IMG/VR virus record: IMGVR_UViG_3300029585_000037 | Location: 29,935 to 93,934 of that record | Reading direction: 5' to 3' (one strand) | Source of the DNA: a virus | DNA: 64,000 nucleotides | Shown here: positions 44,870-55,847 of the stretch, piece after piece | Layout: each line of letters starts with the position of its first letter | How positions within the stretch are numbered: position 1 is the stretch's first letter | Notes under the pieces: model-generated | What the model was told of the DNA's origin: nothing | The model's input: only the letters and a program-made list of their open reading frames with translations | Databases searched by the model: none | Made by a program: the position numbers and the translations under genes

Positions 44870-46917
44870 TGTCAGTATATACAGAAAATATAAAGCATAT
44901 AAATAAACTTCATCCAAATGTAAGACAAGCATTTACTGGATTTGAAGCAGATTGTCGAGCAGCAGGGCTTGAAATAAAAATTTATTCGAGCCTTAGAACT
45001 TGGCAAAAACAATCTTATCTTTATAATAGGTATAAGTCTGGAAAAAGTAAAATTCCAGCTGCAAGACCTGGAAATTCATTTCATAATTATGGATTTGCGA
45101 TAGATTTTTATGTATATTCATCATCAAGTAAAAAATTTGTAAGAGAATATTCATTATATCAAAAAGTTGCTAAAATAGCTAAAAAATATGGTATTTTCTG
45201 GTTAGGTTCAAAGATACGTTCAGAGATGCATCATTTTGATATGGGTGGCCAAATTGGACCAAGCAGAACTGATATAAGGAATAAATTAAAATCAGGTTTT
45301 TTAGCTGGAAGATTAGATGATGAAGGGTATGTTATAATTGATGAACAAACTGGCATAAAGTACCTTGAAACTTATAAACAAAATTGGAGCATATCTATTG
45401 GAACAGAAGCATTAACTGTAGATAAAACTGAAGAAGAGCCACCAGAGCCATTATATACTACTAAATTATCTAAAGTTGAAGAATTCAATGCTGTAGGTAT
45501 TTGGCAAATTGTGAAGTTAGTAGCTGACCAATATTCTTTAAGTCAGAATGTAAATGATGCAACAATAGCATACAATCAAGGCAGTTTATTTAATTTTGTA
45601 CAAAAAGTAGTTCAAAAACCTTGGTTGCAATTTTGGGGTGATACTGTAAAAGATCAATATTATTTCTTTGTAAGAAAAGAACCATTTGATTATAATGGTT
45701 GGGTAGATTTACCTTTCATAGACGATATAAATGACCAGTCAGTCATATCAGATGATTTAGATTGGTATAATGGTGATATATTTTCTTGGTTCCAGATAAT
45801 CCCAAGAGGTTCATTCTTAGGACAGCAAGACCTTATATTTGCTTATGTAACAGCTGTTTTCTTTGAAGAATATGCTGAGATATGGGGCAGTAAGCCTAAT
45901 ATACAAGTTAGTAATTATGTTAATTTTAGAAAAATTAATGGACAATCTTCTATGCTTGATAAAGCCTTAGAAGATTTAAGATATATGGTTGAATCAAATA
46001 TGTATCTACCATTCACCAGACAAGGAACTATTGTATTACGTGGAAAGTCTAAAATAAAAAGAGGTTATAAAATTAGATATTTTCCAACTGGAGAAGTATT
46101 TTATGTAGATGCAGTTTCTCATAGATATAACATTACAGAAACTGGGCCAGAATTCACTACTGTATTACAAGTAAGTAGAGGTATGAAAATGGAGTATGTA
46201 ATAGCACCTACTGGTTCAGATACTATAAGTTATTTTAATCTTATATCTTTTGATAATCCACCTAATTTAGTAGAAAAAACTATTGAGACTGTAAAAGATG
46301 GAAGTGCATATTTTTATTTTGATAATGCCAGAAATTATCTAATAGATTTAGATGAAAATTTTGAAGATAGTAATGATACTATTAGTAGAAAAATGCAAGA
46401 ACAAATTAAAGATTTTCCATCTTTAAGAGCAGAATTACATAATAGAAATACTCAAACCATAGAATTAGCAGCTGACTTAATCAATAGACATCCAGAAGCA
46501 AAACAGTTCATTTCTAAAGGTTTTGTAGATAGTGATGGTGATAGAAGATTTGATAGATTAGCTAAACAAAGAGCAGTTACTGTAAAAACATTAATAATTG
46601 AATCTTATTTGTCCAAGTATAATCATTTCACAAAAGCTCAATTAGAAGAGATGATTATAATAGATTTTGATGTAAGTGGAAATACTTTTGCTGCTTTTGA
46701 TATAGATGGACAACCTTTAGATTATAATGATATAGCTAAGTCAGATAATGAAAGAAAACTTAAAGTAAAAGCATATCAAAGATATTGTAAATTCAATTTA
46801 GTACCTTATGAAGTTGAAAAAGAAACTGAGACAGAACAAAAAGGTGTAAATTGGAGTGTGAATGATAAGGTATTTCAATATTTTCTAAATAGAAAACAGT
46901 TTGCAAATGAACAATGA
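44869..46917 (+). CDS. tail-associated peptidoglycan hydrolase (N-terminal M15 VanY-like peptidase) fused to a baseplate hub-like region
   Basis: LRTWQKQSYLY (Arg/Gln), SFHNYGFAIDF (SxHxxGxAxD), EMHHFD: M15 Zn-peptidase signature in the first roughly 125 aa of 682. Confidence 0.75.
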   Translation: MSVYTENIKHINKLHPNVRQAFTGFEADCRAAGLEIKIYSSLRTWQKQSYLYNRYKSGKSKIPAARPGNSFHNYGFAIDFYVYSSSSKKFVREYSLYQKVAKIAKKYGIFWLGSKIRSEMHHFDMGGQIGPSRTDIRNKLKSGFLAGRLDDEGYVIIDEQTGIKYLETYKQNWSISIGTEALTVDKTEEEPPEPLYTTKLSKVEEFNAVGIWQIVKLVADQYSLSQNVNDATIAYNQGSLFNFVQKVVQKPWLQFWGDTVKDQYYFFVRKEPFDYNGWVDLPFIDDINDQSVISDDLDWYNGDIFSWFQIIPRGSFLGQQDLIFAYVTAVFFEEYAEIWGSKPNIQVSNYVNFRKINGQSSMLDKALEDLRYMVESNMYLPFTRQGTIVLRGKSKIKRGYKIRYFPTGEVFYVDAVSHRYNITETGPEFTTVLQVSRGMKMEYVIAPTGSDTISYFNLISFDNPPNLVEKTIETVKDGSAYFYFDNARNYLIDLDENFEDSNDTISRKMQEQIKDFPSLRAELHNRNTQTIELAADLINRHPEAKQFISKGFVDSDGDRRFDRLAKQRAVTVKTLIIESYLSKYNHFTKAQLEEMIIIDFDVSGNTFAAFDIDGQPLDYNDIAKSDNERKLKVKAYQRYCKFNLVPYEVEKETETEQKGVNWSVNDKVFQYFLNRKQFANEQ

Positions 46918-47950
46918 TAATGATGAAATATTAGGTATAAAAGGAATACCAAGTGAAAACTTGAGTGCTGGCGTTGGATACGTTATCATACCAGATGGAG
47001 AAGACAGAGACAAATACATAGAAGATGTATATAGAAGTGGTAAAATTTCTATATATGGCGGATATGGTCACAGTAATTTTTATAATATACATATTGATAG
47101 AGAAGTATTACAAAGAATACAATTTCCTAAAAAACCTAATCAATATGGTTCTCCAGTAGTTTGGCTAAATGTTCCAAAGCATAATGAGCCAATAGTTATA
47201 TCTTGTTTGAAATATGATGAAACTCTTCATACTCTATCAGAATTTAGAAAGCGTTTAACCAGAAGTTTTAATGGTTCTATGGTAGATGTAGACTTAGATG
47301 CTAAAAAGGGTAAAATAACCATTTCTGCCAAAGGAAACAAAGAAAAAAGAGGTGAAATTGAGATTAACTTAACCAGTATAAATAATGATGGTTTATTGAA
47401 GTTAGATATAAATGGTGAAGTGTTATTAAGAAGTACTAATAGAATTGTATATGTATCAGAAAATAAAATAGAAACAGCTGTAACAGATAAGTCTGGTATA
47501 ACTAAAGTATTTACAAGACTAAATTCTGCAAAGGATGAGAATAGGTTTGAATATAAGGATGAATTTGAAAATGAAATTACAGCAAATAAAGACCTTATAA
47601 ATATAAAGGATGGAAAAGAAAATGAGATTGAATTAAATGAAACAGGAATTTCTCATGTAAGTAAGGCTATAAGTCTTGGAACAAAAGATGGGTCAAAAGA
47701 GCCTGTAACATTAGGTAAGACAAACACTAAATTACATCAAGATCATATAACTGAGTTAATTTCTGAAATTGATTTAATTGTTAAATATTGTGATACACAA
47801 TCTTCTATTACAAGTGCATTAGTATGGTTAAGTCCTTTAACACCTGGCTATAGAGTTCTATCAGGTGCATTAGCTGGAGTAAAATCTAAATTACAAACCT
47901 TAAAAGAAAATGCACCACAGACAGAAAGTAAACAAAATACTACTGATTAA
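46907..47950 (+). CDS. baseplate module protein, putative (spike/hub position)
   Basis: ATG at 46907 (the track start at 46901 is a TTG); synteny only. Confidence 0.4.
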   Translation: MNNDNDEILGIKGIPSENLSAGVGYVIIPDGEDRDKYIEDVYRSGKISIYGGYGHSNFYNIHIDREVLQRIQFPKKPNQYGSPVVWLNVPKHNEPIVISCLKYDETLHTLSEFRKRLTRSFNGSMVDVDLDAKKGKITISAKGNKEKRGEIEINLTSINNDGLLKLDINGEVLLRSTNRIVYVSENKIETAVTDKSGITKVFTRLNSAKDENRFEYKDEFENEITANKDLINIKDGKENEIELNETGISHVSKAISLGTKDGSKEPVTLGKTNTKLHQDHITELISEIDLIVKYCDTQSSITSALVWLSPLTPGYRVLSGALAGVKSKLQTLKENAPQTESKQNTTD

Positions 47951-48375
47951 TGGCTTTAGATATACAAATATTGGAAGATGGATTTTTAGATATTCTACAA
48001 AATCCACCTCAGAATATAGATGAATATATTGATAGGGTTTGTGAGAATTTTCATCAATATGCATCAGCTGTAATACCAGCATCTTCAACAAGTAATGCTG
48101 CATTACAAGCTATGAAATCTATTATGCCAGTAGCTCCAAGAATGGAAAATGTTTATAGAACTTATGTGAATATACTTGCGACTGGTATGATCACTTCAAA
48201 TTTTAATGGAACTCCACCACCATCATTATTAGTTTTTGATAGTTTATTACCATTAGGATTATCAGGACAACAAGAACAATCTGCTTTAGGTATGGCTCAT
48301 ATAATTCATACTTGGATGAAAACTGGTTTAGCTACTTTGATACCTTCACCTCACACAACAGTTAATTGGTCGTAA
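47950..48375 (+). CDS. baseplate module protein, putative (141 aa)
   Basis: TAATG coupling; synteny only. Confidence 0.4.
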   Translation: MALDIQILEDGFLDILQNPPQNIDEYIDRVCENFHQYASAVIPASSTSNAALQAMKSIMPVAPRMENVYRTYVNILATGMITSNFNGTPPPSLLVFDSLLPLGLSGQQEQSALGMAHIIHTWMKTGLATLIPSPHTTVNWS

Positions 48376-48385
48376 ATATTCTTGT

Positions 48386-48395
48386 ACAGCTATTA
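48386..48395 (+). promoter_or_regulatory. class B intergenic motif ACAGCTATTA
   Basis: The extended ACAGCTATTACTTATTCAAG closely matches 17224-17243; the track ORF start at 48382 would read through it. Confidence 0.4.
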
Positions 48396-48420
48396 CTTAT
48401 TCAAGAATATTTTATCAATT

Positions 48421-49152
48421 ATGTCTAAAGAAATAGTAAGAAAAAAAGCACAAGATGTGATATCAACATTAGGTAGAAGTGCATTGCATGCAATAGCACC
48501 TGATGATTTTGAGTTATATGCCTGTTCTTTAGAGTTAGTAAATTCTTATGGTGAAATTGAAGAAATTTTCCATTTTCCAGTTATGCCTAATGGAATACAA
48601 ATTGGCAGACAATCTTTAGCGAGTATAAAGAAAACTGGTCAAGGGTATCTAAGTCAATTTAGTAATACATTTGTAGGTAAGAATATAAATATAAATGGTA
48701 CTTTTGGTAGAAAGTTTAGACTGTTAGTTGGTGATTTATCTAATAGGAGTTTATCAGCTGCTGAAAAACAGCAATTTGATCTAAAGATAAAGACAGGATA
48801 TGGTGCTTTCAAATTATTAGAGAAAATGGTTGAAAAATCTTTTGAATTAGATGAAAAATATAATCAACCAAGACTTCTGATATTTCATAATTTTGCTATA
48901 AATCACCATCATATAGTAGAGGTTATAAATTTCAGTCCTACTCAAAGCATGGAAAATAATATGCTTTGGAATTATACTTTAGAAATGAAAGCATTAGCTG
49001 AAGCATCATCATTAAGTTATAATGGGAATAAAAAAGGTCATTTGGTGAATTTATTAGCTGTGTCTGCATTACAAAAGAGTGCCAATATAGTATTTGATAA
49101 CATTTCTTTACAAGGACTTGAAAGGACAGGAGCAGAATTGAATTTGTTTTAA
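48421..49152 (+). CDS. baseplate module protein, putative (243 aa)
   Basis: First ATG at 48421 (MSKEIVRKK...); the track start at 48382 is a TTG. Confidence 0.45.
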   Translation: MSKEIVRKKAQDVISTLGRSALHAIAPDDFELYACSLELVNSYGEIEEIFHFPVMPNGIQIGRQSLASIKKTGQGYLSQFSNTFVGKNININGTFGRKFRLLVGDLSNRSLSAAEKQQFDLKIKTGYGAFKLLEKMVEKSFELDEKYNQPRLLIFHNFAINHHHIVEVINFSPTQSMENNMLWNYTLEMKALAEASSLSYNGNKKGHLVNLLAVSALQKSANIVFDNISLQGLERTGAELNLF

Positions 49153-49154
49153 TT

Positions 49155-50081
49155 ATGGTAGAAAAAGATTTGATACAAAAATTTGAAAAGATAGCTAATT
49201 TTCCAGTTAGTTATTTTCTTACAGATTCAAGAGATTTTTTCAAAGATGATTTTCCAAAAATAGTTTCATTTTTCAAAGGTGAAAGTGATTTTATTGATAA
49301 GAAGCATATTAAAATGCTTAATAAATTATCAGAACAATCTTTACAAATTAGTTATATATTTTCTGATAAAAAGAATTTATTAAATACGGTAGATTATTGG
49401 GAATTACTTGATTCCATAGAAACTCTCACCACTAAATTTAAAACTGCTCAGAATATATCTAAGTATTTAAGATCATCAATCCTGCAAGCTAAAAATAAGT
49501 CTGGATTTGTGTTTGAACATATTACTGATCAAGAACAAACATTGGAAAGTATATCAGACAATATTCTTGGTGATAGGAATTATAATAATGATTGGACAAA
49601 AATAGCCTTAGAAAATGATTTAAAAGAAGTTGATTGGGATATTTCTGGTGGAGATAAATTGCGATTAAGAAAACGAATTTTCCAATCTAATCTTGTAACT
49701 TCAATGATTGACAACACAATTGGAGAACGTATTTATGGTAAGGACATAAAAAGATTATTGAATTTTAAGGATGGAGACCTTGAAACATTATCTTACAAGG
49801 ATACAGTTTATCAAAGTGTAGATATACTTTCTACACTGAATAAAAACGATATACCAGAATTCAAATTTTTAGGTTTAAATTCAGATTTGTATAAAGGTAC
49901 TAATTTTTCTCAATTAAATTATCCATCAATTGCAAGAGAATTAGAAAGGAATTTCAGAACAGATGATTTGTTTAGAGATTTTGAAATTAAGAAAATGGAA
50001 TATAAAGATGGGGACATTTTTATCGAGTTCTCAGTGGACACGAAATATGAACTCACTGTAATAAAAAATGTATCATTATGA
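49155..50081 (+). CDS. baseplate module protein, putative (308 aa)
   Basis: Synteny only. Confidence 0.4.
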   Translation: MVEKDLIQKFEKIANFPVSYFLTDSRDFFKDDFPKIVSFFKGESDFIDKKHIKMLNKLSEQSLQISYIFSDKKNLLNTVDYWELLDSIETLTTKFKTAQNISKYLRSSILQAKNKSGFVFEHITDQEQTLESISDNILGDRNYNNDWTKIALENDLKEVDWDISGGDKLRLRKRIFQSNLVTSMIDNTIGERIYGKDIKRLLNFKDGDLETLSYKDTVYQSVDILSTLNKNDIPEFKFLGLNSDLYKGTNFSQLNYPSIARELERNFRTDDLFRDFEIKKMEYKDGDIFIEFSVDTKYELTVIKNVSL

Positions 50082-51274
50082 TAACAAAGATAACAACAGT
50101 TGAAGAGTTAAAACAGATATTTACAGAAACTCTTTTGAATAATACAGATGAAGTAACAAAAATTTCAGATGGGAGTGTTCTTAATGGTATAGCATATGGT
50201 AATGCTAAATTAGCTCAAAAGATACTGAAAGATGTAGCAGTAATAGAAAGTCATTTGTTTCCTGATTCAGCTGTAGGTGAATATCTTGATAATTTAGCTA
50301 AATTAAGAGGTATTGCTCCAAGATTGCCTGAAACAAAAGGTTCGACATATGTTAGAGTAGTGGGAACACCTGGTGTTACTTATACTCCAAATGTTCATGT
50401 ATTTAATGGTAAGGGTGAAAATTTTGATGTAGTAGAACAAACTATTATACCAGATACAGGATTTACGTATGTAAAAGTTAAAAGTCAATCATTTGGTTCT
50501 AAGGTTAATATATCTGCATTAGCTATTAATAGAGTTAATCCTATACCAGTAGGTCATGAATATTGTGTTAATGAATTTAAAGTAGAGGGTGGAAGAGATT
50601 TTGAAAATGATGATATGTTCAGAAAACGTATCAAGGAAGAGGTGAATGTACTTGCAACCAAGACAATATCTTATTTAGAACAAGTTTTACGCAAGATCAA
50701 TCCAGATGTTTTGAGAGTTAAAAATATTGGATTGAATAATACTGGAGATGTAGTTATTGCTATAGCTACTGTAAGTGGAGTAGAACTAACTACAAGTCAA
50801 TTAAATGAAATAAAAGTAAAATCAGAACAGTTTTTATCTATGGCTGAATTTAAACCAAATGGATTAAATAGTTATGGAATAGAATTTGTAAATGTTTCTT
50901 ATTTTCCAATAGATGTTAGCTTTAGAGCAGATATCAATAGTTCATATGATTTGGATCAAGTTAGAAAAAATATACAAATAGCTTTAAATAAAGTTGTTGA
51001 TTGGAGAACTTGGAAAGATGGTGGATATATAGATTGGATAGACCTTATAAATGCTGTAAAGGGAGTGAATGGAGTGGAACGTGTGTTAGATAATCATTTT
51101 TATCCAAATACTCATGTAGAAATACCAAGAGGTTATTTGCCAAGAATGAGAGGATTTACAATGATGAATATACAAGGTGTATTGATAAAAGACTTACAAG
51201 GTGTATTGAATCCTAACTTCTATCCAGCTATTTCAGATTTTGCTTATCAAGCAACTGTTTTAAAATCTTTATAA
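50078..51274 (+). CDS. baseplate J-like protein
   Basis: 398 aa; SDGSVLNGIAYGNAKLAQKILKDVAVIESHLFPDSAVGEYLDNLAKLRGI resembles the conserved N-terminal region of the gpJ/gp47 family. Confidence 0.65.
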   Translation: MITKITTVEELKQIFTETLLNNTDEVTKISDGSVLNGIAYGNAKLAQKILKDVAVIESHLFPDSAVGEYLDNLAKLRGIAPRLPETKGSTYVRVVGTPGVTYTPNVHVFNGKGENFDVVEQTIIPDTGFTYVKVKSQSFGSKVNISALAINRVNPIPVGHEYCVNEFKVEGGRDFENDDMFRKRIKEEVNVLATKTISYLEQVLRKINPDVLRVKNIGLNNTGDVVIAIATVSGVELTTSQLNEIKVKSEQFLSMAEFKPNGLNSYGIEFVNVSYFPIDVSFRADINSSYDLDQVRKNIQIALNKVVDWRTWKDGGYIDWIDLINAVKGVNGVERVLDNHFYPNTHVEIPRGYLPRMRGFTMMNIQGVLIKDLQGVLNPNFYPAISDFAYQATVLKSL

Positions 51275-51624
51275 TGAAAGAAAAAACATTAAATACAATA
51301 TCGAAGTCTAATGTTAATAATTTAGATAGTTTGAATTCATTAAATGGATCAATTTCTATACGTACAGATTTTGTTAAAGAACAGGTCATTGATGATAATA
51401 ACAATGTAGTAGATTTAAATGCTACTACAACAGATGAGATAGAAATACTTGAAAGTAGAAAAAGAAAAAATGGGATTGAAGGAATTGAAGGTGAATTGTT
51501 AATTAATCAAAATATAAAACCGATATTTCAAGTAGATGTAGATGGTTCTATTTTAGTCTCTGATGAAAATGTAGAAGACAAATATGAAATCAATGATCAA
51601 GGTGAACTAATTTTCAAATTTTAA
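51274..51624 (+). CDS. hypothetical tail protein (116 aa)
   Basis: TAATG coupling; synteny only. Confidence 0.4.
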   Translation: MKEKTLNTISKSNVNNLDSLNSLNGSISIRTDFVKEQVIDDNNNVVDLNATTTDEIEILESRKRKNGIEGIEGELLINQNIKPIFQVDVDGSILVSDENVEDKYEINDQGELIFKF

Positions 51625-51626
51625 TT

Positions 51627-53378
51627 ATGGCAGTAATCAACAATACAGTAAGTGAAATAGGAGATGTATTATTTATATATTCTCAAGTAGCTATTGACGG
51701 TGATTTAACCTTAACTGGTTTCACTGATACAATTGAAGGTGAAACTGTTGATAGGTATTTTGAAAAGCAATTTAGATATTCTACAGACAATTTGAATTAT
51801 AGTAATTGGATGGAATTATCTAATTCTAATATACAATCTATTAATGAACTTGTTAGAGGTTTATTATTCTTAGAATTCAAATACACGAGGTCTGGATCAG
51901 ATAATTCTGGGATATTAGAATTTCAAAATCTTGAAGTTGAAGGTAACATTATATTACAGATTTGTAATAATACTGCTACAATGGAAAGTATTTTCAACGA
52001 ATTGTATTGTAATGATTTTTATACTACTTCTGTCAGAAATAATTTATTACGAAAAATCTTTCATCATGGAATAGTACCTAAATTTATAGAACGTGGAGAG
52101 GGTATAGATGATGAAGATTTTATAGCATTTTGGGGTGCTATTTGTATGTTTTTAGCTTTTGTAAGTTCATTCAGTAATAATTTTGATTTTATTTTCTTTA
52201 GAAGAGATATGCTTGTTGAATATCTTCATCAACAAGGCTTAAAGTTCTGTAAAAAAGAAATAACATTTCAAGACTTACAATATCTAACATCTTCACTTTA
52301 TGAAGAAATAAGAAAGCGTGGAACTAAATTAACTTATCAATCTAAATTTACTGAATTATTAGATGGTAATTTCACACAAACTGATGGAGAATGGTTGAGA
52401 CTTCTTTGTAGAAATAGATATGATGAATTTTTATTAGATATTATACCTAAAGAAAATCATGGTTTTTGTTTAGGTCATTCGTCTCCAATGTATAATGGTA
52501 CTAACTATTCTACTCAGTTGAATAAAACAGAAGAGAATACAGAAGATTTTTTAGACTTATCTAAGTACAATACTGTAGGCTCAGTAGCATTGGATACAGA
52601 TGGTTCTAAGCAATGTTTACTTTTAGATGATAATAATTATAGTGGGATAGGTTTTTCTGACTTTAAACCATCTAATTTAGAAAAAATAAGTGATTTAATT
52701 TCTGTAGATGATGAAATAGATTATGAGATAACTTTTGATGTAAAAATTATTGGCCCATCATCTGATATATATTTTGGAGTAAATGCTTTTAATAGAAATG
52801 GAGCATACAAACCTTTAGGATTTAAAAGTATTTTGAATAATAATATACGTGAACATTTCTTTAATGGTCCAATGAGTGATATAGCTAAGATAGGTGATGA
52901 ATGGTATTCTGTACGTGGTATAATATATGCTAAAAATAGTAAAATTATCAATTCAAATGCTGCAAGATTAAATTTCAATAAAGGCGAAAATCTAAAATTT
53001 AATGAAAAAGAAAATATAAGTTTTATAGCTATAAATTTACAATGTACTACTTTTAATGAAATTTATATACATAACTTGAAAATGAGACCTTTAATACGAG
53101 GCAAAAATATCTTACCAAGATATACAAGTTTATTACAAGTTATATCAAATCCATTTACGTTGACTACCAAACCAGTAAAGCGTATTGATCCATATGTGAA
53201 AAATCCTCAATTTATACAAAGTGCTACACAAGTTTTAAATTGGCGTAGAAACAATAATGAAAATATGACTGATATAGAAGTAGATAATTTCATTCAAGAA
53301 TATCTATTGCCATATCAACAACAGATAAATAGCATCCCCTTAACACCTAAAGTGGATGACAAACAGGTATTATTTTAA
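51627..53378 (+). CDS. baseplate or tail-fibre-associated protein, putative (583 aa)
   Basis: Position after baseplate J (the gpI-like slot); no motif. Confidence 0.4.
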   Translation: MAVINNTVSEIGDVLFIYSQVAIDGDLTLTGFTDTIEGETVDRYFEKQFRYSTDNLNYSNWMELSNSNIQSINELVRGLLFLEFKYTRSGSDNSGILEFQNLEVEGNIILQICNNTATMESIFNELYCNDFYTTSVRNNLLRKIFHHGIVPKFIERGEGIDDEDFIAFWGAICMFLAFVSSFSNNFDFIFFRRDMLVEYLHQQGLKFCKKEITFQDLQYLTSSLYEEIRKRGTKLTYQSKFTELLDGNFTQTDGEWLRLLCRNRYDEFLLDIIPKENHGFCLGHSSPMYNGTNYSTQLNKTEENTEDFLDLSKYNTVGSVALDTDGSKQCLLLDDNNYSGIGFSDFKPSNLEKISDLISVDDEIDYEITFDVKIIGPSSDIYFGVNAFNRNGAYKPLGFKSILNNNIREHFFNGPMSDIAKIGDEWYSVRGIIYAKNSKIINSNAARLNFNKGENLKFNEKENISFIAINLQCTTFNEIYIHNLKMRPLIRGKNILPRYTSLLQVISNPFTLTTKPVKRIDPYVKNPQFIQSATQVLNWRRNNNENMTDIEVDNFIQEYLLPYQQQINSIPLTPKVDDKQVLF

Positions 53379-53393
53379 CAAAATTTAAGACAA

Positions 53394-55844
53394 ATGGGAT
53401 ATTTAAAGTTTAGTGAAAATATGTTTCTTGAAGTTGCTGAATTTAAGCGTCTTCAGAAATTTCTTGATAAGAACGGAATAAAGAGACATACGCTAATAAA
53501 TACGGATATATTTGGGTTGGTAAGACAAGCTGTTTTGCCACAAGTTGGTTCTATAGAATTAGCTGATTCATTTTATGTTGCAAAAGCTGGCACACCATTC
53601 GATAACGTGATAGTTAATCCTGGTATTGCAGTTGATTCAGATGCGAATTTAATTATAAATGCTAAAGCACAAAATTTACAAGTTCCAAATGATGGCTTAT
53701 GGTATTGGTTGAAAATAAAGCATAAGTTTGATGTAAAGGAAAATGGAGTTGTAAGTATTGATACTCTTGGAAATATGACAGGAGTAGGAACAGAATTTAC
53801 TCAAATACTTAGAGGTCAACCAAATTATCCAGCTAAAATAAAATTTCTGAATTCCACAACTGGCAATGCTGATGTGTATGAAGTTGTTAAGGTTATTAAC
53901 GATACTTCAGCAATATTACAAGGTGATTTTACAGCTGAGCAAGATTTAGAGTTTGGAGTATATGGAACTTTCACACCTGGATATCCTGTTCCTACAGATG
54001 ATCAAATGATATTTCAGTATGACTCTGTAGAAATAGAAATGATACCTGAAACAGTATTAGGACAAGCACCTAATTACTTACTAAACAAAGAGTTCTATAT
54101 TGCACGTGTTCGTAATAATGGAGTTGATGTAACCTTACAAGATAAGCGTATTAATTGGTGGGAGACTGAAGCAATGGCTTATCTGAAACAAATTGATAGA
54201 ACTCTTCAAAATCCACTCATAGGTGTTGAAGCTGTAAAATATGATATTGGAACTTCTACCAGAGCAAAAAATTTAGTAGAGTTAGCATGGGGATTTAGAA
54301 CTGATAAATATACCATAGATACCAGTTCTAAGAAAATTTCTATACTTATAGGTGAGGGTGGATTGTATAAAGATACTTCTCACTTCCAAAGTGGAGATTT
54401 TAATGGTTGGAGATTATATGCTAAAAATGGTAGCTGGAGAACTATTATAGATAGCCAAAAAACAGGAACACAAATTGTAATTACTCTGGATGTTTTAGAG
54501 CCTACAGAATATTCTATAAATACCTTAACTAATTCTGATACTGTACAAGATCAAATTTTTATAGCTCCACCATTTGAAGCTATAGAATTTAGATTTAGAC
54601 AAGATGGAAATCCAACTACATTAGCTGCTCAAATTGTAGATGATGAAGATGAAAATCCTAATCCTAATTGGCCAACGCTTGAAAAAAAGTTTAGATATAA
54701 TATAAATACACCATTAGCAAGAGCAAGTGTGCCTGCATTAGATGGTTGCTATAAATATAATCTAACTTATAGAGTAAAAATATTCAATGAATATACAGAT
54801 TGGTTAGTAATGCCAGATGATCTGATAGGTTATTATAATGAAACTTCTTTTGATGAAAGAGGTAATTTAAACAGTAATCAATTAGACAGAACAAGAGTAC
54901 CATATGAAGGACATTTAGAATATGGATTTATAAGGCTATGTGAACATCCAAATTCTTTTAATAATTTCCAAGAATATATAGATACTGGAGATTTATTTGG
55001 AGTGAATACTACTGAATTTGCAAATTCAACACCAACATTAAATTTAGTGGTTGGAGAAAGTAAGCGTTATCAACATTTTAAAGGTCAAGAATTAGCATTA
55101 AGTGCAGATATGTATATTCATCTTAATCGTAAAGATATAGATGGAAACTTCTTTAGAGAGGGTAATACATTCTATATACATATAGAACAATGGATAAATT
55201 TATCAACTTTTAAATTAAGAATAGTAGAAGATTTTGTTGATCCAACAAACTTTACTGAATTAGCTAATTTAGATGCTAATGATATGATGTATGTTAGGAA
55301 TAACACTATAAATAATACAAGTCAAAATCTTAGAAGAGGTTTATTCATAACTTGCACTTATAATGAGTTTAATCATTGGATAGTCAGTTACGATACAGAG
55401 ACTTGTCCAAAAGGAACTACAAGAATGTTTAAAGATATACCATCTAATACTTTTGATAGTTCAGGAAATGGTCAAAAACAAGGATTTTGGGGTTGGAAGA
55501 GAATAGATGGAATGAATGATGCATTTCCAGTAGGAACTTTAAATACAGGAGCAACTGGTACTTTAGAGGGTGAAAATAGTGTCGTTCTTGATGCAAGTAA
55601 TATGCCAAGACATACGCATACTATTAATGATCCAGGTCATACGCATGATGTAACTATAAAACAAGGTAGTGATGATCACTCTTCTGGTAGACATAGTAAC
55701 TCAAGAATTGACCGTGATAGAACTTATACAACTACAAGAGCATATACTGGAATTACTCTTAATCCGAGTGGTTCTACTAATCCAGCAGCAATAGATAAGC
55801 GTCCAAAGAGGATGAAATTTGTTTTTGCTGAAAAAATAGTTTAA
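53394..55844 (+). CDS. tail fibre protein with a C-terminal tail-collar-type motif
   Basis: 816 aa; C-terminal NMPRHTHTINDPGHTHD resembles the MPxHxH phage tail collar motif. Confidence 0.65.
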   Translation: MGYLKFSENMFLEVAEFKRLQKFLDKNGIKRHTLINTDIFGLVRQAVLPQVGSIELADSFYVAKAGTPFDNVIVNPGIAVDSDANLIINAKAQNLQVPNDGLWYWLKIKHKFDVKENGVVSIDTLGNMTGVGTEFTQILRGQPNYPAKIKFLNSTTGNADVYEVVKVINDTSAILQGDFTAEQDLEFGVYGTFTPGYPVPTDDQMIFQYDSVEIEMIPETVLGQAPNYLLNKEFYIARVRNNGVDVTLQDKRINWWETEAMAYLKQIDRTLQNPLIGVEAVKYDIGTSTRAKNLVELAWGFRTDKYTIDTSSKKISILIGEGGLYKDTSHFQSGDFNGWRLYAKNGSWRTIIDSQKTGTQIVITLDVLEPTEYSINTLTNSDTVQDQIFIAPPFEAIEFRFRQDGNPTTLAAQIVDDEDENPNPNWPTLEKKFRYNINTPLARASVPALDGCYKYNLTYRVKIFNEYTDWLVMPDDLIGYYNETSFDERGNLNSNQLDRTRVPYEGHLEYGFIRLCEHPNSFNNFQEYIDTGDLFGVNTTEFANSTPTLNLVVGESKRYQHFKGQELALSADMYIHLNRKDIDGNFFREGNTFYIHIEQWINLSTFKLRIVEDFVDPTNFTELANLDANDMMYVRNNTINNTSQNLRRGLFITCTYNEFNHWIVSYDTETCPKGTTRMFKDIPSNTFDSSGNGQKQGFWGWKRIDGMNDAFPVGTLNTGATGTLEGENSVVLDASNMPRHTHTINDPGHTHDVTIKQGSDDHSSGRHSNSRIDRDRTYTTTRAYTGITLNPSGSTNPAAIDKRPKRMKFVFAEKIV

Positions 55845-55847
55845 GAA

